DNA of 14,495 nt from the NCBI GenBank assembly GCA_002794465.1, contig MTSL01000007.1:1-14495 (forward strand), given 5' to 3'. The notes under the pieces were generated by a model. The model was not told where the DNA came from and ran no database searches. It saw nothing but the letters and a program-made list of their open reading frames with translations. The translations under genes and the position numbers were made by a program. Positions 1-7,482 of the stretch are shown in pieces; the stretch's first letter is position 1, and each line of letters opens with the position of its first letter. This stretch comes from Paramicrosporidium saccamoebae KSL3 (Eukaryota > Fungi > Cryptomycota).

Positions 1-162
1 ACAAACCCCTCTTCCCCGCTTGACAGTCCATACTATTTATCCCCACTACGCGGTACCGCAGACCTATATGGCATAGCGCATCGATATACCGGGATTCACA
101 GTCTACAATCCTATTAGATGTTATTCTAAACACTCGAGATGATCAAATGTATTTACAACGGG

Positions 163-1701
163 CTAGGGGAAAAAGTATGAGGCAAAATGATGACGCAGCA
201 GGATGGCAGATAGATTACAAATAGTTTGGACGGACATGAGTAGCATGGCAAGACGATCCTCACGCATGGACCCACCATGGACAAGCAGCAGATTGAGCAG
301 TGTCAGATTATTCGTGGTAATCTCATCCTTGTTTCGTGCATAGATCCGAAGCAGTCCTATCCGACTTAGAACGGCAATGATGGGGGCATTTCGACGATCC
401 AGAACAAAGGTAACTTTGCTGGGTTCGAGGGCACCGGTGATGGGATTGAGGGAGGGGAGTCGATGACGGGGACAGGACACTAAACCCAACAATTGTGGCA
501 TTGAATAGAGGAAATTGAAGATTTGTGGCACAAAAAACAACAACAGCGTCTTACCAAAATGGCCAAGAATACCGACAACGGCAAAGGTCATACCGGCAAA
601 GTAACAATAAGTGTCTCCCACAAAGACGGTGGCAGGCCACCAGTTGTGACGCAAAAGAGCGAGACTGACGGCAACAAAGGGCAGAATGAGAGTGAGGGAA
701 AAGACATGTTCAGTGGGGGGCTCGCCATGACGGAGTGCCATGAGATTGTGCAACACAATACTCAATGCCACCACTACTGACTGACCCACCTCGACGCCAT
801 TGACACCTGCGAGGATGTTGATGGAGTGGGTGCAAAAGATGGCTAATAGGGCCATATACACATAATAAAGTACGCCGAGTTGCAGGAAATGGCCCAATAA
901 GGGCCGTAAAGGCAATGGAACAACCACTTCAGTACGTCCACTGGTGACACTGTAGATCATGAGCAGTGGGAGGACACTCATAGCGGGCAATAGGATCTTA
1001 TGACGCCACTTTACATTCAAAACATCGTCAGTAAAGCCCAGAAACAACATGCATGTGATGGACAACAGGGCGGCGGTATATGCGCCCAACTGTTCAAAGG
1101 GGAACAGCATTGTGCGTTCCAAGACAAACGGCACGGGAATGAAAAGAAACATGGTTACCAGATACACTGTGCCGGCCGCCATTCCCAAGGACTCGGGCAG
1201 CACTGGGTTTTTTGGCTTGTTCAGGTCTCGACCCCGTCTACCGGCGTGGAGGAGCAGTCGACCAAATCCGGGAATACATTCATGCGCCACCAATCCTGCC
1301 ACTGCTGCAAATGCCGTTGACAGAGGCACCAACCCTCCCATATTAGCAGCCAACACTACCGGAAGTAGCACCGTTAACAACCATTTAACTCGTGTCCAAA
1401 AGGAGGCAGTAAAGACATTTAGCGAAGTGGATGGTCGTTTAACCCTTGGCGACGATGGCAAAGTTCCTGTGGGTGAAACTCCAGGCTCTGCGAGCTCTGC
1501 GAACTCTGCAAACTCTGTGGACCTTGCGAACCCAAGTTTTCGAAGCTTCATGGTTTCAGGTTCTGTAAAATCTTCAAGTTCCATGGCTTCAGGCTCTAAA
1601 GTTTCAAGCTCGGTGGTTTCACACTCGGTAGCATCCCCAAGTTTTGTGGATGAGACCCCAACTGTCTCAAACTCTGGGGACGCCGGCTCTGTTTGCTCCA
1701 T
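163..1701 (-). CDS. ALG7: UDP-GlcNAc:dolichol-phosphate GlcNAc-1-phosphate transferase (ALG7/DPAGT1), about 512 aa, with an acidic N-terminal extension
   Basis: Hallmark motifs are present: GRDLNK, PESLG, LGFTDDVL (MraY/GPT DD), NSINILAG-like HSINILAGVNGVE, VFVGDTYCYFAGM, HFGKTLLLFF, PRHRLP, plus about 10 hydrophobic helices. The ORF track starts at 1959, but that extension overlaps the opposite-strand gene and promoter. ATG 1701 (MEQTEP) is preferred; internal ATGs at 1584 and 1551 are alternatives. Confidence 0.95.
   Translation of the reverse strand: MEQTEPASPEFETVGVSSTKLGDATECETTELETLEPEAMELEDFTEPETMKLRKLGFARSTEFAEFAELAEPGVSPTGTLPSSPRVKRPSTSLNVFTASFWTRVKWLLTVLLPVVLAANMGGLVPLSTAFAAVAGLVAHECIPGFGRLLLHAGRRGRDLNKPKNPVLPESLGMAAGTVYLVTMFLFIPVPFVLERTMLFPFEQLGAYTAALLSITCMLFLGFTDDVLNVKWRHKILLPAMSVLPLLMIYSVTSGRTEVVVPLPLRPLLGHFLQLGVLYYVYMALLAIFCTHSINILAGVNGVEVGQSVVVALSIVLHNLMALRHGEPPTEHVFSLTLILPFVAVSLALLRHNWWPATVFVGDTYCYFAGMTFAVVGILGHFGKTLLLFFVPQIFNFLYSMPQLLGLVSCPRHRLPSLNPITGALEPSKVTFVLDRRNAPIIAVLSRIGLLRIYARNKDEITTNNLTLLNLLLVHGGSMREDRLAMLLMSVQTICNLSAILLRHHFASYFFP
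1486..1632 (-). repeat. Coding tandem repeats in the ALG7 N-terminal extension
   Basis: A 9-bp unit CTCTGCRAR-like occurs x4 at 1486-1521 (encodes TEFAEFAELAE). Degenerate 30-33 bp units begin CATGGTTTCAGG (1549) and CATGGCTTCAGG (1582) and encode ETTELETLEPEAMELEDFTEPETM. Confidence 0.8.
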
Positions 1702-1877
1702 CCCGACAATCTGATTGGCTGCTGGCAGATGTTCTCCTAGACTATTTACCAGCCGAGGGGAGGGGCAATGTATGCGTTTGGATCCCATCTCGCGCCAATA
1801 ATCAGCGATTTGTCCTTCAACGGGAGCCCTGTAGACGGTATGATGGTGCGACCACGCTGCTGCCGGGGTATCTGACG
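1702..1877. promoter_or_regulatory. Probable bidirectional promoter (ALG7 / LDB)
   Basis: 176-bp head-to-head gap with an inverted CCAAT (CTGATTGGCTG, ATTGG 1714-1718), a forward CCAAT (1795-1799) and a GAGGGGAGGGG tract between them. Confidence 0.55.
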
Positions 1878-2582
1878 ATGAGTGTCGCAGCCAGCGCCGA
1901 TTTAGGAAGTGGCGCTCCCTCCCCCCTCCAGCCGATAATGCCGACGAAACACTGGACACCGCGGCAGCAACTACAGAACCTCAACGACTTTCTCTCACTG
2001 GGCCCACTGGACCGATGGGACTTTTGGGCATCCTTTGCCTCGTCCTTTTGGGCACCCGGAGCTGTGGCTCTGCGCATACGTCTGGGCCTTGAGGAGAATG
2101 ATGGCGTGTTTGAAATACCCTCCACCCTCGTTTCACAATTCTTCTGGACATGGAGTTCCAGCGGGGCCATGCGAAGACTGTTCTTCGACACAACGCAGGC
2201 CACTGAAGGCAGCAGCGTAACAGGCCCCACTCTTGCCTCCTCCCACGCCGTCATCGAGTCGATCCTTCTGGAAGGTGCTTTGCTCGTCCGTCAGCAAGCA
2301 CGAATACGCTGCATTTTTGACCTTTATGGCCGGATCACTCTGCTAGACCTGCAGGTGCATGCCCATGATGAATATGTTCTTTCAGCCGTGGCGGGATCGG
2401 TTTTAGCCAGTAATGGTCTGTCCATGTGTCGCTACGGGTTCCCAATGAGTGTATATCGTCAACTAGAATTGCTACTGGTAGTACGTGAAATGTTGGGCGA
2501 AGTGACAAAGGTGACTACTGTGCCTTGGCAAGCGATGGGATCCAAGCGGGCCCGCAAGAAGAAACACCATTCGAATGAGTAA
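1878..2582 (+). CDS. LIM-domain-binding (LDB/SEUSS/Adn1-type, LIM_bind domain) transcriptional cofactor, about 234 aa
   Basis: The pattern WDFWASFASSFW..ALRI..FEIP..LVSQFFWTWSSSG..L..RCIFD..GRI..LDL..HDEY..GF...YRQLE...V.EM follows the LDB dimerization domain. A C-terminal basic NLS (KRARKKK) is present. ATG 1878 is chosen because the upstream in-frame part overlaps ALG7; ATG 1938 is possible. Confidence 0.75.
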   Translation: MSVAASADLGSGAPSPLQPIMPTKHWTPRQQLQNLNDFLSLGPLDRWDFWASFASSFWAPGAVALRIRLGLEENDGVFEIPSTLVSQFFWTWSSSGAMRRLFFDTTQATEGSSVTGPTLASSHAVIESILLEGALLVRQQARIRCIFDLYGRITLLDLQVHAHDEYVLSAVAGSVLASNGLSMCRYGFPMSVYRQLELLLVVREMLGEVTKVTTVPWQAMGSKRARKKKHHSNE

Positions 2583-2687
2583 TTGTATAATAATATTTGT
2601 AGATAATGCGAGCCTGCTATCCCAAGGGCTCTCATTGTGAATTGTAAACCATTTAATAGATTATAATCAAGTTTTTGGGACCTGTGC

Positions 2688-2735
2688 TTTAGGTTTGGTT
2701 TTAGGTTTGGTTTTTGGATTTGTTTTTAGTTTTAA
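2688..2735. repeat. Degenerate 12-bp T/G-rich tandem repeat
   Basis: TTTAGGTTTGGT x2 exact, followed by TTTTGGATTTGT and TTTTAGTTTTAA. Confidence 0.75.
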
Positions 2736-2868
2736 GCTGTCCTTTGGATTTATCGGATCCGTCTTCTATTCATTGCATTTGATCATACAATGAGTCGGTT
2801 AATATGGATTGGAGTGATCACACAATCAGTGTTATAGTGCTGGCTTTATTTTTAACTTTATTTGTGAC

Positions 2869-4132
2869 ATGGAGTGCACCATATGTCTGGCGCCGCTGGA
2901 ACGACACCTGGCTGCTATCCAATGTACCACCAAACTGTCATTGATTGGTAGGTGGACATGTGTTTCATAAGGTCTGCGTACAGGCGCTGCGTCAGACAAG
3001 CCGAGAACGGGCCAAATGTCCACTGTGTCGTGCCTCCCTCCGCACCATTGTCAATCTCTTCCTCGACGGTCCCCCAGGAGGCGTTGTGCTTGAAGACGCA
3101 ATTTTGGAAGAGACAGCACTTGATGGGACGGTGGAAAGAGGAGAAGAGTCTATTAACGAGTCCATGCACGCGTCTATGCACGAGTCCACAGAATCAGAGG
3201 ATGAATTAGAGTCCATGAGACTGGATTTGGAAGAGGCCGAGGCAGAGATTGAGGCTTTAGAAGAAAATCTGCGGGTGGCCATGACACAACTCCATCGACT
3301 CACTGAAGAACGCGCCTCTCACGAGGACTCACTACAGGGTGCCTTGGCGGGGATGCAGCAAACACTCTTTGCCGCCACACAGCGCTGGGACAAGGAAAGG
3401 AAAAGTCTTGAGCGAGAAGTCATTGGAGCCAAAATGGCAAAGGAAGATGTGACACGACTGTTGGAGGAGAAGGAATCAAAATTGATGCAGCTGGGACGCG
3501 AGTTGGAAGAGCTGCAATCAGTGCGACTGTCGCGCGAGATGGAACGCGTCTTGACTGATCTCAATGAAACACGCACAAAGGAGCATCTCGAGTCTCTGAA
3601 AGCGTGGTCCAAACACGACCTGATTTCCCATTGCTCCCTCCTCACTATTAATGGACGACGTCAAGAAACGTATATTTACACTGGAATAATGATCTTTAGG
3701 GACTTGGAAAAGATGGGAAAAGAGCTTCGAAAGGCCAAAATTGAATTGGAACTGGCCGAACGACAATTACGAAAACTGAGTCACAATCAGTCAATTCAAC
3801 AAATTGAGAAGAATATTCAGAGTGAGAGAAATGTTCAGAGCGGGAGAAACATTCAGAGCGAGAGAAATATACAAAATCTTTCCACGAATATTGGTCCAGT
3901 TCCGATGAAACGCAAAATTCTGTTGGAGGAATCCTCTTTGATTACTATTCCACAGCCCGTTGGTCACACCGTGTTAGAAGATACATCCACGCTCGTCACT
4001 CCACGAGCAATTAATCGTACTACAAGTATTGCGATCCCACCAAAGTTTACAACCACTAGGCTAAATTCTACGGTGGCTGATGGATGTGGTGGGACCAAAA
4101 AGGTGATTCATTTTCCAGATCGGCGTTTATGA
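2869..4132 (+). CDS. TRAIP: TRAIP-like RING-H2 E3 ubiquitin ligase with coiled coil; join(2869..2923,2952..4132), probably also lacking intron 3670..3699 (401-411 aa)
   Basis: Splicing a 28-nt intron gives MECTICLAPLERHLAAIQCGHVFHKVC...KCPLCR...IVNLFLD, a complete RING. A long coiled coil follows, and the C-terminus contains DGCGGTKKVI. RING/coiled-coil E3 is secure; TRAIP orthology rests on remembered motifs (AAIHCGHTFH, KLFFD, DGLGGRTKFI). Confidence 0.7.
2924..2951 (+). other. 28-nt spliceosomal intron (RING gene)
   Basis: GTACCACCAAACTGTCATTGATTGGTAG; removal joins T+GT into the third RING Cys (IQC-GH). Confidence 0.9.
3670..3699 (+). other. Probable 30-nt in-frame intron (RING gene)
   Basis: GTATATTTACACTGGAATAATGATCTTTAG is AT-rich and has the same size and ends as the other introns. 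Its translation YIYTGIMIFR interrupts a coiled coil (RRQET|DLEKMGKELRK). Confidence 0.7.
3812..3877 (+). repeat. 18-bp coding tandem repeat (about 3.7 copies)
   Basis: Encodes NIQSER NVQSGR NIQSER NIQN. Confidence 0.85.
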
Positions 4133-4282
4133 CTGGCAAACATGGCACAGATTCATTTATTCGCTTTTGACTATCAGCAGTACACTGGATCCAGCTGTTT
4201 ACTGTCAAGACTATTCCGGATTCAAGCGTTTATTTTCCACTGCCAAGGCTACGACGAATCTAAATGTCCGCTTTCCCGCTCT

Positions 4283-4366
4283 CCAATCAGCGGAGAGAGA
4301 TTCTGATACTCGTACCCAGCTCCTTTCGCCGATTGGACAAATCCTCACATGACCACCAATCATAAG
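4283..4366 (+). promoter_or_regulatory. Cluster of three CCAAT boxes upstream of the 7TM gene
   Basis: CCAAT 4283-4287 (CTCCAATCAG), ATTGG 4332-4336 and CCAAT 4356-4360 (CCAATCATAAG). Confidence 0.5.
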
Positions 4367-4422
4367 GGCGCTCGTTTCACGGTAATAAGTAGCGCGTGGC
4401 ATTTGCAGTCTGTATTGAATGG

Positions 4423-5574
4423 ATGTCAGCGACGGATCGTGACCCACTGATAGATGTCCTGGGGCGGGTCCTGGAGGTGCGTGCCTCCCCCCTCGACATG
4501 CTGCTGACCACTTTTAGTGTAGGCTGTATACTGATTATGGTAGCTCTCTATCTGATATATCTTGTGCTGAGGAGAATCCGTGGCAAAACACACCACAGGA
4601 GCAAAGCGGATCGTCCCGCTTGGATTGGAGCACTCATATTGGCCGGATCGACGTGGATCGTCTCCAACTTGACGTTGGCGGGTGTCATATCCTTTGCACC
4701 GGAGGACGAGTATAGCTGCACTTATCTCACCTTTCTCGGCTCCCATATGGCCTACATTTTCTGGCTCGCCTTGGTGCTTTACAAGTTGGTGCGCAAATTC
4801 TGGCAGCTTCGACTGGTGGGGAAGAAGCCCCCACATGCTCTCCTCGCCATTTTCCTCCTTGTAATCCCTTATATCGTCCTACTAGGCGTGGCCTCTTATT
4901 ATTCTCCATCAAAACGCGATGAATTTGATATTTGCCACGTGGAGGTGAATTGGCAATGGCCCGTGTTTATGGCGCTGGTCTTGTATTTGCTGCTGTTTGC
5001 CTTTCTCGTGGCCAAGATACAAAAGACAATTGGCGAGCATCACGAAATCATCCGCTATACCATCTTCCTGGCCACATCGTTTGTTTTCCCACTTGCAGAA
5101 CTAATAGTCTGTATGACTTCTATTGACGAATCTATTGTAGCGCATCGCTGTCTACTGACGCTTGTTGTGCTGATTGTCCTTGGGAACATGGGACACATAT
5201 TCATTCTCGTTCTGCGTGGAAGATATGCTAAAACAGCGGGCATTCTGCCTCAGGACACATTACGCGAACTGCCAGCCATGTCCATATCCTCCCTCTCCTC
5301 CACCCCCATCGTTGACGTTCTCAATACCACTCTCACCGACTCGCCCCTTGAGCTGCTCTCCATTCCTGCAAACCTGCCGCCAATGCTGCAACGGCCCAGG
5401 AGGGAAGGCGAATTGATGCCCGAGTTTGAGAGGTTTGTGGAAGGGCTTCCCGAAGATCTTGCAAGGGAGGTTGATCGTAATCGTGGCTACTTTGCCTACA
5501 AGACGCGACCGAGGACCCGAACTGTTGTGGAATTTGACATAGACAAGGCAGAATCGTATGTAAATCCAGATTGA
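4423..5574 (+). CDS. Seven-transmembrane GPCR-like protein resembling the TM region of 7TM-RGS1, about 383 aa
   Basis: Seven hydrophobic segments, with Cys before TM3 (EYSC) and Cys in ECL2 (DICHV). It also has LYKLVRKFWQL..GKKPP, LLVIPY, CHVEVNWQWPV, LVAKIQK..GEHHEI and VAHRCLL, a short N-terminus and a 119-aa cytosolic tail. ATG 4423 is used in place of GTG 4396. Confidence 0.7.
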   Translation: MSATDRDPLIDVLGRVLEVRASPLDMLLTTFSVGCILIMVALYLIYLVLRRIRGKTHHRSKADRPAWIGALILAGSTWIVSNLTLAGVISFAPEDEYSCTYLTFLGSHMAYIFWLALVLYKLVRKFWQLRLVGKKPPHALLAIFLLVIPYIVLLGVASYYSPSKRDEFDICHVEVNWQWPVFMALVLYLLLFAFLVAKIQKTIGEHHEIIRYTIFLATSFVFPLAELIVCMTSIDESIVAHRCLLTLVVLIVLGNMGHIFILVLRGRYAKTAGILPQDTLRELPAMSISSLSSTPIVDVLNTTLTDSPLELLSIPANLPPMLQRPRREGELMPEFERFVEGLPEDLAREVDRNRGYFAYKTRPRTRTVVEFDIDKAESYVNPD

Positions 5575-5763
5575 TTGCTTTGCTGTAACATATACAAATT
5601 TATAAAACGAGTTTATGACCCGAAGAGGGACCAAATTCAGTCTGGTAGACTTGCCGATATGCTAGCGAGGCTGATCTATTGACTGCGGCTTTTGTCGCAA
5701 GTCACAACTTTACACTTCAGTTGGATGGGCGTGATAAATAGTTAATCAAAGGAAAACTCGAAA

Positions 5764-6978
5764 ATGGAGAATCTCTTAGACTGCCTGGTGGATGGGACCA
5801 TCTCTTCAGGGCAATTAGATTCTCTTCGAGAGCTTTGCAGAGAACCCATCAATGCCGAAGCAGTGCTCGCCCGGAACGGAACTTTTGATGCGTTATTAAG
5901 ATTGCGAGAGGTAAATGCGATGAAGACGATGGCCAATCTGCTGTATCACAGTCCGGATGCGCGCGCCCGCTACACTGGCGAGAATGCCAATGAATTGGTG
6001 GAATTTGCCAAGGAGAATGGCGGCGAGGAGAGGTTTGTGGCACTAAGACTGCTGTTCCTCGTGTCTATTGAGAAGGACACTGCGATTGCGTTAAAAGATT
6101 CCGTGTCGACATTAATGCAGTTGGCGGGAGATGACCGTGAGGTGGTGGAAGTTTTGAGGATTCTCTATAACACCTCAAAGTATTCCTCTGCGCCCAACTA
6201 TTCTGCCTTTGCCTGGAAGTATTTAGAGTCTGGCGATCCGGTAATAGTTGGGAATGTGTATAATCTATTCCTCAACATGTCCGTCTCCACGCTACGACAC
6301 GAGACTGGTCATACAGCAGAACTGCTTCAGTCCTCTTTGAATATTCTTTTGCGCCATTATGAGACACCTGATGGACATTGCGATGCTATAGCCTTCTTGC
6401 CCGCTGCCTGTCTCACCATTCACAGGCTGGCAGAGGCTTTCCCCGACTTGCGCAAGACGCTCCGCAGATCCATACTACCGTCCACCTTGTACACTTGGGA
6501 ATCTCTTAATATTTTAGTGACCGTACTGTGCCAGTCGATCAAGGTGACTCGACGAAAGCTCGACTGGCTAGGCTACTAAAGAGTCCCGACGATCGGCTTT
6601 CAAGTTCGACTGGCGATCTCTTTTTCGTCCTCTGTACCAGAAAAGGTACTGGCTAGCCCCACGTTAACTGTAGTGCTTCGGCTCTTGTATCATCTGGGAT
6701 ATGGTCGGATCGCCGGTTTCCTTTACGCGCAAGATCTACTGCCCTCGGCTGACATATTGACTCAAACTGCTGACCTCGGCTCCTCCTCCGATGAAGAGGC
6801 GGTCAGAAAGGATGGAATGAGTGGCATCGATCCGGTTACTGCTCAGACCATCAAAAACTCGCACGAATCAAATGAAATGACCGAGACAGAAAAGGAGGAG
6901 GAATCCAAGCGATTACTGGAGCTGTTCGACCGACTTGAAAAGACTGGTATTAAAGTATTTCCGGCCGGTCCGCCCTAA
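5764..6978 (+). CDS. RIC8: Ric-8/synembryn G-alpha GEF and chaperone; join(5764..6488,6518..6645,6674..6978), 385 aa
   Basis: Motifs AMKTMANLL and RFVALRLLFL are present. Splicing gives ILPSTFDRTVPVDQGDSTKARLARLL...LFFVLCTRKVLRLLYHLGYGRIAGFL, followed by SSSDEE, GIDPVTAQ and MTETEKEEESKRLLELFDRLEKTG, all typical of Ric-8. Confidence 0.92.
6489..6517 (+). other. 29-nt intron (RIC8)
   Basis: GTACACTTGGGAATCTCTTAATATTTTAG; removal restores the frame with the LP..DR.P..G motif. Confidence 0.9.
6646..6673 (+). other. 28-nt intron (RIC8)
   Basis: GTACTGGCTAGCCCCACGTTAACTGTAG; removal joins LFFVLC to the GYG..AG motif. Confidence 0.9.
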
Positions 6979-6984
6979 ATAGGA

Positions 6985-6990
6985 AATAAA
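6985..6990 (+). terminator. Putative polyadenylation signal for RIC8
   Basis: AATAAA lies 6 nt after the stop codon, in the same AATAAAGCT context as the signal after SCC3. Confidence 0.5.
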
Positions 6991-7005
6991 GCTGATGGTT
7001 GTGTA

Positions 7006-7079
7006 GTCTCGTTGGTGTAGATGGTTATCACGCCTGTCTAACACACAGGCGGTCCCCGGTTCGAGTCCGGGACGAGACA
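7006..7079 (+). tRNA. tRNA-Val (anticodon AAC), intronless
   Basis: Acceptor stem GTCTCGT/ACGAGAC, D arm TGGTGTAGATGGTTATCA, anticodon stem CCTGT/ACAGG with loop CT-AAC-AC (anticodon 7040-7042), T arm GGTTCGAGTCC, discriminator A. CCA is not encoded. Confidence 0.97.
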
Positions 7080-7081
7080 TC

Positions 7082-7085
7082 TTTT
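7082..7085 (+). terminator. Pol III T4 terminator
   Basis: TTTT begins 3 nt after the tRNA discriminator. Confidence 0.5.
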
Positions 7086-7482
7086 GCCAATATTGAAATG
7101 CGTAATGGAGATTTAGTATGATTTGCTGTGTTGTTGTGTGCGGGCTTGTTGATGCGCGAGGTGAGTATCAAGATCCTGTCAGTATGTGGGTTAGTATTAT
7201 TATTAATGGGGCGATTATAGACATAGACTTAGATTAGCCACCCTCAACACTAGATTTTGGGGTAGCACAAATGTCTGGGGTTGGGCCGCCAATCATAAGC
7301 GGACACTGTTTGGTGGATCTTTTGTTGCGGGGCTCTGATCCGTAGATAAATACATCCGCCCGATTTGACCCGCTAAATAATTCCCTCTCAAAATAGAACC
7401 TTTATCTTTGGGCCAGAATAGATTATGAATCACACATTTTATTTACTAGTCAGACTACATGTTATGCTACTCGTACACGATA

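Noticed and set aside
523-1714. Plus-strand ORFs 523..780, 1000..1320 and 1049..1714
   Set aside because: They are antisense shadows of ALG7 with no recognisable motifs.
1702-1959. N-terminal 86 aa of the 598-aa ALG7 ORF, and the first 78 aa of ORF 1644..2582
   Set aside because: These are mutual overlaps through the shared promoter with no family similarity; internal ATGs at 1701 and 1878 give a simple head-to-head layout.
4167-4447. ORFs 4167..4352 (+) and 4211..4447 (-) in the TRAIP/7TM gap
   Set aside because: They are short, use non-ATG or weak starts, lack motifs, and overlap the CCAAT cluster.
6489-6673. RIC8 as a frameshifted pseudogene (likewise pirin and the RING gene)
   Set aside because: Every break is bounded by GT...AG, and its removal restores conserved motifs exactly.
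7157-7168. Minus-strand ATACTCACCTCG resembling the U1 snRNA 5' end
   Set aside because: It differs from ATACTTACCTG, and no U1 stem-loops or Sm site follow.
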